Source: Cycas panzhihuaensis (taxonomy: Eukaryota; Plantae; Cycadophyta). From it: 64,000 bases of DNA. The stretch lies in NCBI GenBank assembly GCA_023213395.1, contig CM041465.1, forward strand, positions 189,727,741-189,791,740, read 5' to 3'. Position numbers and translations under genes: made by a program. The notes below the pieces were generated by a model. The model worked only from the letters and a program-made list of their open reading frames with translations, did no database searches and was not told where the DNA came from. Position 1 is the stretch's first letter. The number at the start of each line of letters is the position of its first letter. Shown here in pieces: positions 53,560-64,000 of this stretch.

Positions 53560-56109
53560 TGTTTCCCAGCTACTAGGAATGGACTCGAGATGCATTAACG
53601 TAGGTATGTTTAGGTATACATTCTTACTTTTTCCTGCCCATGCTTGATTAAGATTATTTAGCATAGATTGCTTAACATACGCCTGCCTACATGCATTGCT
53701 TCTCTACCTGATCATATTGCATGTGCTTACGGCACATCATCAGTCTATGACAACTCACAACGGGGGCATTCCTCAGCGAATGCTACACCCCGTATGGCGC
53801 ACAGCCACCTGCTTTGTCTCCACAGCCTCCTGGGATGTTTCAATCAGTCCTATTTGCTCCCGTTACAACATGTTGCCTACGTTGCAGTCCCTCCTAAGCC
53901 TAATTTAATCCTTAGTTGGGACTCATTTCATTATTTTCGCTACTTGCCCATTACCTAGGCATTTTTCCAATTGCTCCAGCTTCTTTTTTAGTCTTAATTT
54001 TTACTTCAAAACCTTATGTTTCTGCCTTCTTTTCTCTTTTTTTATTTCCAGTCTGATACCATTGTAAACTTAGCGGTACCGCAGTCTTTACTGCGGTACC
54101 ACGAAGTTCACCACGATACGACTGTTTGAAATTTAAAAAAGAGAACCACGTGATAGTTTCTATTTTTTTTGTGGAACTGTCATGTGGCGTCGATCGATTC
54201 GCATCGCCCTGACACCCCCAATGTTCACCTGTAGTGAACAAAGGGATAAAGGGGATTTTGCTCCCCATTCTCAAGATATTTTTACCATTTTTCTAACTTT
54301 TCAACTAAAAACTCACAGAGAAAGACATAATCTACATGCACAGGAACCTGTTATAAAAGAGAAGGACTGCTACAAGCTAGATTTGCAGGGACCATTGCTG
54401 CCCCCTACAGCTCTCAACAACGGGTCTCATACCTCTTTGCAAGTGATTAAGGTTTTAAAGGAAACTTCTACCAAAAAGCTCCTCCAAAGGGCCAACTACC
54501 AAGGCTCTAAGTTTGCAAGGATATTTCCACATTTCACCCTTACAAAAACCTGTTATTATCAGCCCTCATACACTAGTTATTCCTGCTATTTCTTAACAGC
54601 AAGCTCATATTTGATTCTCCTCTAACAAGGTATTCTTTATTCCCACTTCCAATTTATTTTGTTCTTATTTCTTTTGTGTGTTGATGAATAAAATTCTAGT
54701 TTGTCTAGTTTTTATGTCATTGTACTAGATTGGTGCTATTCCCCATTTTCTTTTGAGGCCTCACTACTTTCTTTAAACCATCCCTCTCAACCCTTTCTTG
54801 GTTGGTTGTTACAAAGGGGCAACATAAAGAGGATTTAAGGGAGGTAGGCGGAGTTCCGTCCCCCTTTGCTGCCCTTCTCCCTAAGGGTTCCATCCGTTGT
54901 CCTCTTTCCCTTTGTCATTAGCGCTTTCTTAGGAAGTGGGTTAAGGGAGTTTAGGGAATCTAGTTGTGGTGTTAAAACCAGTGCTGGTAACTTGTTGCCA
55001 TGCCGATTCCAGAAGTTCCATTTGTCTGTGTTGGGCCCTACCCAAGTCCCAAATCTTTCTGTTACTCCCTTCTTTATTACTGCCTATTTCCCTACAACCT
55101 TATTGTCAACCTGTTTCTCCTTCCCGAGTCCCGTGGAGGTCCTTCGTGGGTGAGTTAGCCATTCCGAGGCTATACTCTTTTCCCTTTTGGTTGTCTTTAT
55201 AGTGTATGGTGGTGGGAGTCTTTATTGTATGTCGCCATTTTACTTTGTTACATATTGATGCTTAGTGTCGATTTAAGTTCCATTTGATTTTAGTATGTAT
55301 CTTTGGTATATTTTATGGCTCCTCTTCTGAGAGGAAGGTATTCTCCTAACTTGTTTACAGGATCTCGCGTTAGTGGAGTAGTACACGGAACGAACCCATT
55401 GCAGGTTAGTTCTACATATAGTGCATCCTTTATTGTTTCACACTTTCACTTCTTTTCCATTTTTTTGCTTTTGCATGTTTAAGGGGAGGTAAGTTAGCCC
55501 CTCTTCCATTTCTTATGGAAACTATCGTCAATCGGCATCACATGCATAATGAACGGAGTAGGAAGGAATAGGACTCAAAGGGATGAGCAACACTCCACTC
55601 GGGCACCGGATCTAGGTATTCTTCTTGTTCCTTGTATATCCCTTTTACATTGTTGTCTTTTATACATCTGCTTGTATAGTTAGGAATGTGTAAAAGATTA
55701 AAAAGGGGAAAAGAATGTGTACCTATTTTTACATTATTTCTTATATTAGTTAGTGTAGCATAACATAGTTAGATTGTTTACATTATATTTAAGTTACCCT
55801 CATTGTACCCCCCTTTTCACTTTCGCCTATACGTTAGTTTGCTTCCCTTCTATTTCGTTGCCTTCTCATTACCTTGAGAAGATGCAATGCGCCAGGCACT
55901 TTCTCCTCTTCCCGGCCATCTGAGGGGTAGGAAGGCCTTGCTTTACATGGCTACCTGGAAGCAACCAGGCACCTTGCAGTTCTGAATCCATGCTTTGGCA
56001 CACGGATGCCCTGCGAGGTGAAGTCCTTACTGCTTAGTTTAATCAGCATTACATATTTTTATACCCTTTTTGCTAGACGTAGGGATGCCACTCCGTAGCA
56101 AGCATTTCA
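53560..56109 (+). repeat. 3' LTR of element D (2550 bp)
   Basis: Direct repeat of 39515-42081, followed by the TSD. Confidence 0.96.
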
Positions 56110-58744
56110 CTTACCATCCCCAAACAAGAAAAGCAATGTAAGGACAAGAACAAAAATAAAGCAAAAACAACACTAGAAACAAATAGAATGTTATCCTTTT
56201 GTGATTTGTTGCTCAATTTACAAAATGGCCTCTAACCTATAATATAAAATAAAGAAAATCCTCCAACAAGTATGATATATATGTATGTCTATATTCTTGA
56301 CAAATAATGTTAGTATGTCATGATATGAGTAAAAGGAGGAGAACCATAGTCCTATGAGTTTCTTGTCTAATGATCCTTTTTATATGTGAGTATATAACAA
56401 TCAGAACATGTGTTAAAGGGAAGAGGGTGGATATCACTTTGAAATGGATAACTCCTCTAAATGTTGCTAGGTCCCCACAAGCTATGAGTAGCTCACGTTG
56501 CTAATGTTTTTAAGCAAGTGCAAGATTGGTATGTATGTATGTAGGCCTCACAACAAAACCAAGGTCCTAAAACTAGCAGCAAAATATAAGGAAATGCACC
56601 TCAAAGCCCATGAGAGGGGATTACTCTAGTGAGAGATGGATTTAGGAGTTAGAACTCCAACCTATGGACTTCTCCACAGGCTCCTTTAACTTATTTTGGC
56701 ATCTTTATCCCTATAAGCTAGCAGATTTAGAGTGTGTGGGATGAGGAGAATGGTGTGAAGGAGGTATTGCCTCCTTGCACGAGGCAAATGTGGCCCAAAA
56801 TCAATACACAACTACTCTAGGCATAGATCTAGTATCTTAAGGCTAAAAATAGCAATGCATAAACCATAGAAGATGGAATTCTTGCAAAGAAAAATTGGAA
56901 AAAACTAGATTTATCTTACCTAAGTGGTAGCTCTAGGTAGGGAACAATATTGGAAGAGAGGAAGACTCTATTTTTCCAAGGAAAGTGGGAGATCCTTTTT
57001 CCTTTATTTACTTAGATGGGCCTCCTTACTTAGCTTGGCCTACTTTTCACTTTCCTCTTCTTGCTTGTGGAAGAAAACCTGTAGCTTTCTGTATATAGGA
57101 GAAGATGGAGGAGACTTGGAGAAGGGAAGAGAAGAGAAATTCATGTTTTTCCAAAAGAGAGAGTCAAGAATGATAAGATGAATCATGAATTGATTCCCCA
57201 AATGAATTTAAAATTGAATTATGTTCATTTGGGGTAGGCATCAGGGCTATTAGGGGTGGACCTAGGTGAGTCTTGAGGTGAGGTAGTGTGTCGTCTAACC
57301 GCAAAAGCTAAAACTAGCCATCTTTTACCATAATAAACCAAGTGATAGTCACACTATGAACTTATTCGCAACACCACTAATACATTAGTGGTACCACTAA
57401 CATATTATTGATGCATAACAATTAGAGAAGGGAAAATAGAAATGGATATGGGGTGGTAACAAAAACATAAAATCAACAATCAAAATTAATAGAATAGTGA
57501 AAAAAGGGGAAGGGGCCCTAACTGAGGCTTGGGACTCCTCCCTGGGGGGCTACACACCAACCTAAGCTCATCCTACATTACAACAATTCATAAAAACATG
57601 TATCAAAGTCACCTATTGGGGTTAGAACCTCACGATAATGGTAACAATCGAGGTGTTAGAGTGTGAAGGAAGGCCAGGGGTGGGCCTTGATGAGGTATAT
57701 GGGGGAATGTCGTAGTGAGCAAGTAATGGGGAGACACCTACATATTAAAACTCTTAATAAACCATCCTAGATAGATTAAAGGATAAGTGAGGTAAAGATA
57801 AGAAGGGGGAGATGCAATAAAGTAAGTTGAAGTGCACATAAGCTAGGCTACGAAGATCCATGAGTACTTGCAACTAGGAGAGAGATCACCTAGGAGTTAT
57901 GGTGCTATTAGACCAGAGTCCTAGTTGTTATAGGTGAAGTATCATACACAGGAAAGCTAATCATCTAAACCAAACAAGCACTCAAGTAATCATACAAACA
58001 TTACATATCACAAGCTATAAAATGTAATCAAATATAAGGGGCAAAATATATACCTAATTATACCTGTATAGTAATAATCCAATCTATTTTCGATAGTTGA
58101 GAAACACTACCCCCTTAGCAGTAGAACCTTGTCGCTCTGAAGCATCAAATGATGTCGAATGTTGTCATCACAATCTCAATAATATATAAAGCTCCTATGT
58201 CGGTAACCAAGGTGAGTGTCAAGTGTCGTGATGGGTAATGTGGGAGGAAGACATATGTTTAGGTGAGGAAGAGGAGGCATGGCTCAATCAATCCTCAAGG
58301 TCAGATCCCTGGACCCAAGACATATATGAGATGATGGAAAGGTGACCTAGGGGTTATCCATGGTAACACCTAGGTGGGTTGCATAACTCTAGAGAGTAGA
58401 ATAGGATCATAATCACTGCAGAAGCACCAAAGTAGTAACAGAACAGAAGGGGGAAGGAGATAAAGGGATGCCCCATCACCTTCGCACACAAGATAATCAA
58501 AGGGTAAATGTAATCTAAAAAACAAGATAAACAGCATCTAGGAGAGTGTAAATATGATCAATGAGTATGTGAAAGTCGTATCATAGGTGATATGAGAGTA
58601 AGTAAAGAGATAAACCTGTGGTCACCATAGTTTAACCTCATTATTGGCCCATTTCAGAGAGATGAGATTAGTCAAAACAAGGAAATAATGATAATCCAAA
58701 GATTAGTGCAAGGAGCCAACTTGTTAGGTTGCTTGAGAAGGATC

Positions 58745-59155
58745 ATCTAAGAGAGGTAAATGATGCTTGAGGATGAGGCAAACAAGGATATCCACCTTGA
58801 CATTTTGATCACGAGGGATATGTCAAATGTCTTCCAAAGGAAAAGTGGACAAAAGTAACCTAATAGTCAAAGTGAGGGATCTTAATCAAGGGCAAAGGAC
58901 TTGGTAGACTTGAGTCAACTATAATACCATGATTTACGAGTCACAAAAGAGAATGATGGGGCCATGATAGAAGTGAAGTGCATTAGTGAGAGCCTCTATA
59001 ATGGCAGTGTAATCCACTTTATTGTCCATGGCCTCAAGTAAGTACATCTCAGAATGCATGAGATCATGGCCGAAAGGATTACAGATGATCTAGGTAGCTG
59101 TAGAGGGTCCTGAGTTACCATGAATACCACCATCGGTGTAGATTAGAAGAGCCAT
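58745..59155 (-). pseudogene. Decayed stand-alone aRH (element C)
   Basis: MALLIYTDGGIHGNSGPS...ATDNKVDY...CDS*IMV. Confidence 0.85.
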
Positions 59156-59880
59156 GCTGCAGGAGAGGAGATAGAACTCTCAAAAAGAAGGGATATAGGA
59201 GTGTGTAGAATAAATGGAAGGCAAAGGATAAGACCTAATCACTTATGAAAACTTAAAAGGTGACCATAGGTAGATAAGAGAGCCCTATTAGTAGGCTACT
59301 AAGCTAATGGAGGACTCACCTAATGGAAGGAGAAGAGTCATTAGAGAATTAAGCCAAATGCATGATCACAAAGCTGGCGCGAGAATAAGAAAGAGGCTAA
59401 GGCAAAGGTGGAACTCACGTTAGGAGCTTTGAGGAGTCAAAACAATTGCAAAAATGGAATTGGTATGCTAAAACGAGCTTATGGAGTATAAACACTCGTA
59501 GCATTTTAGGCAGCCAGAAAAGGGGAAGAAAAAGGGGGCTCTCATTAGAGTAAAAGGGCATCATAAATGTACAAAATGGCTAGGAAATGTCATATTTAGG
59601 AGTATAACTAAGCTTAGGCCCTAAAGGGAATAGAGATGAGCTAGAGGAGGCAGTCCTGGTGGCTCTCTTGTAGTGGAGAAAGGGTGTGGTGCCTCAAGAG
59701 GTACTGCAAAAATGGAAGGAGGATGAGGGGCAAAAAAGAATTCATTTTCATACCACCTCATATGATCTGAGAGCTCTACACCCTCAACACCTAATTATAC
59801 TACCCCATCATAAGCTTAGTTAAGGAGATCTAATTGTCAGATCATTGTATAGGGAGAGATGTTGAGTCCAGGAGTGAGAG

Positions 59881-62036
59881 ATGGCACCTACTAGGGTAGA
59901 TCTAGTAAGTTGATCTAGACCATAGCCCTTTCAATTTTACCTTTTGTCATTAATATTTTATTTAATATTTTTATGCCTTTAGAAGGCAAATTAGATCTTT
60001 CGAGGCCCGTTTGGGGACCTAGAAAGGGCTGGACCAGGGCTCCCTAGAGCCCTGGACCTAGTGGACTAATTATAGTCCATTAGAATTTCTTTTTTTTTCC
60101 TTTTAATTTTTAGTAGTGGAGGCCGTGGGACCATAAATTTCTTTATGGTACCACAAATTTATTTGCAATACCATGGACTTCCTTGCAAGATGGAGGAGGG
60201 ACCTAAAGCCCACTAAGATATTTGCAATATCATGAATATATTAGTAGTGCCAGGGTTGATAGGTAGAAGAAAGTAAATAATGGGATTAATATTAATTTCT
60301 AAGTGGTTTTCTCTCATTTTGAGTGATCTAAGAGGGGTTCTAAATGGCAAAGAGGAGACTGGCTAATAAGTGATATCTTTTGTTATTTTTGTAGCTCATT
60401 ATCGCGATTGATAATTGTAAAAATATGGGAAGGGTGATAATAGGATTTATAAACTTGTTAGAGAGGTGGAAGTAGACCACCCCATGATGGTGTAGGCTCT
60501 AAAAGATCATCCACACACCCTAGTATGCCTTGGATCAGGCTCTTTTGGTAGACATAGTTTCACATTCAGATCACAATCACCATATATTATATCTCCCTCA
60601 GGTAGGAGATGTCACCATTACTCCTACTAATATGAGGAGGATATTGGATGTACTAGATAGGGGTGCACTAGCAGCATTGGGGACCCTTCCTAGTACAGAT
60701 TCTACCCATTGAGAGGCAACTAGATTTTTCACTGATTGGGCTTATTGGGACAGGAGGGGGATACCCTTAAGGACAATCATCATGTCCAAGATTCCTCACA
60801 TAAGGAAGATGATCATCTTTGTCATTCTATTCTAGATCTCCCAAAAATAGAACTATAGGGATACCCCTAGAGGATGGATGGTGATGGTCTAGAGATGTCA
60901 GCAGGGAGAGACATTTGATTGGGCCGCTTTGATAGTGGCCAATCTCACTACCTAGCTTGATTATATCAAGAGAATCAAATTGTCATTTTGCTCCCTCCTG
61001 TAGTGCTAGTTTTTTTACCACTTCCATAGAGTAGATCAGGTAGTAGGTCCCCAACCTATATTAGCTAGTGCCCTAATAGTGCACAGGTGGCAGAATTGAT
61101 TCAGGAGCGCAAGGAAGCCAACACATGTCAGAAAATCAATGGTGATGACCTCTCTAGATCTCCTTACCATGGGATACTACATTAGTGACCTATACTATAC
61201 TGTCCATTGGGGGAGTGATGACGAGGGAGGAGAGGTAGCTAACCCTCTTGGGGAGGAGCTAGGAGGCAAGCAGGGGGGTGAGGGAGCTACTGGTAATGAC
61301 CTAGAGGTAGTGGAAATGATAGTCATAGAAGCAGAGGTAACTTTAGCTATGGGTAGAGAAGAGGTCCTTGGAGCAAAGGAGGGAGAGGAAGGTGATGCAC
61401 CAGGTGCTCCAAGAGAGGAGGAGGAGTTAGGCAAAGAGGAGATAGAGGTTGTATCTATAGGTGTGGTAGCTAAGAAGGTGCCAGACATCCCAGGAGGTAA
61501 AACTTCCCCTTCTCTTCTAGATTTACATTTTGATTTAAATATTCTATACTTACATAGTTCACTTGATTTATTTCAGTTTTGATTTATAGTCAAATATGCT
61601 CCTATTGATACCCTAGTATGTATGGATGGCAGGTAGAGATGACATGGGAGAGCTGATTAGGTGGGTGGTCACCAAACTCTTCTTACAAATCTACAAAGAG
61701 GGATAACCTCCTATCATAACAAGAGAGGAGCCTAGGGTGGTAGGGAGGCACACAATAACTTTCACTCCACTCGTGAGGGTGCAAGACACATGGGTTGTAG
61801 AAGCCTAAGAGCTATAAGGCAAGGGAGATTAGTTATGCATTGAGAGACACTAGTTGTGGGTATAGTGCAGGCCTTAGAGGCTCAAGGAGGAGGAGATAGA
61901 GATGTAGTAGATGATGTGAGGGTTGTGGTAGTAGAGGAGAGGCTCTGAGGGATGGAGAAGGAGAGGGACAAACTCTAGGAGAGGTATGATTGACTGGTCA
62001 ACTAGATAGTTGCTTGGTCCTTACACAGCAGGACTC
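59881..62036 (+). pseudogene. Decayed PMD/coiled-coil gene (element C), truncated by element E
   Basis: Exon 1 59881-59904 MAPTRVDL then GTAAGT. Acceptor tttgtag, exon 2 from 60395. ORF 60530 reads ALLVDIVSHSDHNHHILYLPQVGDVTITP. Acidic ORF 61139; donor at 61497. Confidence 0.85.
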
Positions 62037-64000
62037 TGTTATGAACCTCCTTAAGCAAAAAGCTTTAATTAATTAATTAAATATTAGGTGCTATTGAACA
62101 GGTACAACCTTCCATGAAAGGGGCTTAATGTGCATATAAAATTGGGCACAAATTGTATGGACATCATCATTTTTTATCTTATCAATCAATCTTTGGTCTA
62201 TTGACTATAACTTGCTCCAGCATTCTGGTGTGCTCTCTTGCTCAATTCAGTTTGTCTTCAAGTTACGAACTGGGTTTGTAACAAGTGGTATCAAAGCACC
62301 GTTCCTACTCTGTGGGTTTCCAATTAGTGAACTAGTGAAATAGTAGCCATTGTGACAAAAGAGAGGGCTATCCAGCCATTATCCATATAAGTCCACTTAC
62401 AGTTTGCTATCTTTTCATTGGAGTGCTCTGTTAAGTTGATTTTCCATTCAAATCTATATAAATTTCTATCTATTTAATCTTAGATTGGTCTTGTCGCTGG
62501 TTATAACCGCTAAAAATCTCATTTTTGTCACTATCTTTCCACCGTTTTGCCACTAATCTAAAATTTCTCGTTGCTGAATTTCTTGTTGCTACATTTATCG
62601 TTGTCATTTTCGTGTCTCCGCTTCATTATCATGCTGATTTGCTTGTGTAACTGCTCCATTTTCGCATCTTTCATTACTGCGTTCCCGCCTTAAGGCGTCT
62701 TATGCCCTATTTTCTGCGTCTTCCGTACCTGTGTTTCCCATTCGCTGCGTCTTCCATACCTGCATCTTCCATACCTGCGCTTCATTTTCGCATCTATGTT
62801 CCCGTGTTCCTGCGTCTACGTCTTTGCCTATCTGCATCCCTGCGTCCTGCATCCTGCATACACTATTTTTGTCTCTGTTTCCCTGTATCTGCCTATGTCC
62901 CTGTCTCTGCGTTGTGTCCTTTGCATCCTTATATCTGCGTTATCTTTTCATATCCACGTTACATTTTTATATCCGCGTTATCTATATATTTTCAGTGCAT
63001 TACATTTTCATATTAATCGTATTACACATTCTTATATAAATCATTAATCGCTTTATAATAGCGTGTACTTCATAGTAATCATAGTTCTTATTCTTTATAT
63101 TAATCATTAATCTCTTTATCATAGTGTTTTATAGTTAATCATAAAAGGTATATTTCATAAATCATATTTCATATTTTTATATTTTATATATATTAATCAT
63201 TAATCATTTTTTATCATAGTGTTTTAGTAGTCTTATTTTAATCATAATATTATTAATATTATATATTTTATATAATATAAATTAGATAATTGTTTAATAC
63301 CATTGTATTATACGTTGATGTCATTTATAATAATTTAAATTATATCTTTTCTCAAGATTTTTGTCATCCCAAATCATTACAATATTCGACAATATTTCAA
63401 TTATACAAATTCGTCTAAGTCATCCCACTTCATTCAATTGGTATCTCTCAAATATTAATTAATTGACTAATTCTATCTTCTATATACGAGTGCGACCAAC
63501 TTGAGATACTTCAAGGGGTGTCAAGCGTAGAACGAAATATTATATTGAGATATTAAAGTGTTAGTTAAGTTTTTACATCAATAAAACAAGAAGGTTAATA
63601 GGAGAAGCATACACTTGCAGTAGCACTCTAAACATGACCGTCAAACAGTGGAATCGTATTTATACGATTGTTAAAATAATAAATACTGAAGATATGGCAG
63701 ACGATACTATTTAAAAAGATATCATTGAACTGATCACTCAAGCAGTCCACGAAGCAGACCAGACATCAAATGCTCTATTAAATCATACATTACACCAGAT
63801 ATTGGATAAATTGACAATCATAGCGGCGAAGGGGAAGGAAGATATGATCGTTCCTGATTCTGAGGATGAAGCAATGAGTTGACAATCTCATATCAGAAAT
63901 CAGACTGTTAAAAAATATTCCAGTCCTCAGATAGCTCCCATTAATACTGAAAATGAAGCTATCAGAAAATACCTTAATGAGTATCACAATTTGACCCCTG
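62037..64000 (+). mobile_element. Element E: 5' end of a Met-primed LTR retrotransposon (probably chromoviral Gypsy)
   Basis: LTR 62037-62283 with TGTTA...TAACA termini, PBS tggtatcaaagc at 62286, a long leader and then a gag-like frame. Superfamily assignment is tentative. Confidence 0.75.
63694..64000 (+). pseudogene. Probable gag N-terminus of element E (runs off the window)
   Basis: MADDTI*KDIIELITQAVHEADQ...EAIRKYLNEYHNLTP, with two stops restorable by T>C. Position downstream of the PBS and leader. Confidence 0.5.

Larger units (their letters stand above)
39515..56109 (+). mobile_element. Element D: full-length Ty3/Gypsy Tat (TatIII-like, aRH 3' of integrase) LTR retrotransposon, 16.6 kb
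   Basis: TG...CA LTRs, perfect TSD CTTAC (39510-39514 and 56110-56114), PBS and PPT. Domain order PR-RT-RH-INT with no chromodomain and no aRH between RH and INT. Confidence 0.96.
38258..62036 (-). mobile_element. Element C: 3' part of a Tat element. Its 3' LTR (38258-39514 plus 56110-58105) is split by D, and its PMD gene is cut by element E
   Basis: LTR end tggaagttcacc at 38258. LTR start gagaaaca at 58105 is followed by the PPT complement ctaccccctt. aRH and PMD lie beyond. Confidence 0.8.

Noticed and set aside
53668-55202. ORFs inside the LTRs (53668, 54182, 54866 and their 5' LTR twins)
   Set aside because: They recur only because the LTR is duplicated. Stops differ between the LTRs and no domain is recognisable.

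Overview
This 64 kb window is plant repeat DNA made almost entirely of nested LTR retrotransposons, and I found no host gene. A gymnosperm-type genome is inferred from the element architecture and the heavy CG/CHG C>T decay. The best-preserved element (D, 39515-56109, +) is a full-length non-chromoviral Ty3/Gypsy Tat-type retrotransposon. It has ~2.55 kb LTRs, a CTTAC target-site duplication, a tRNA-Arg-like PBS, a PPT and a decayed gag-PR-RT-RH-INT. Its 3' region carries a head-to-head accessory cassette: an antisense three-exon Plant Mobile Domain (PMD)/coiled-coil gene and a sense stand-alone archaeal-type RNase H (aRH) ORF with its own ATG. Four older, diverged relatives carry the same cassette (aRH truncated in the leftmost copy): two forming a ~13 kb fold-back inverted repeat, element B (which lacks RT-RH-INT) and element C. 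Start codons and splice positions are largely conserved across the copies. Arrays of a palindromic GCGGTACCGC-like motif with ~20 bp period occur in the LTRs and in PMD intron 1. Also present are a split Tork/Tnt1-like Copia, a small Met-primed non-autonomous LTR element, the 5' end of a Met-primed Gypsy-like element and large (AT)n/(GT)n microsatellites. All alignments and translations were done by eye; no database searches were run.
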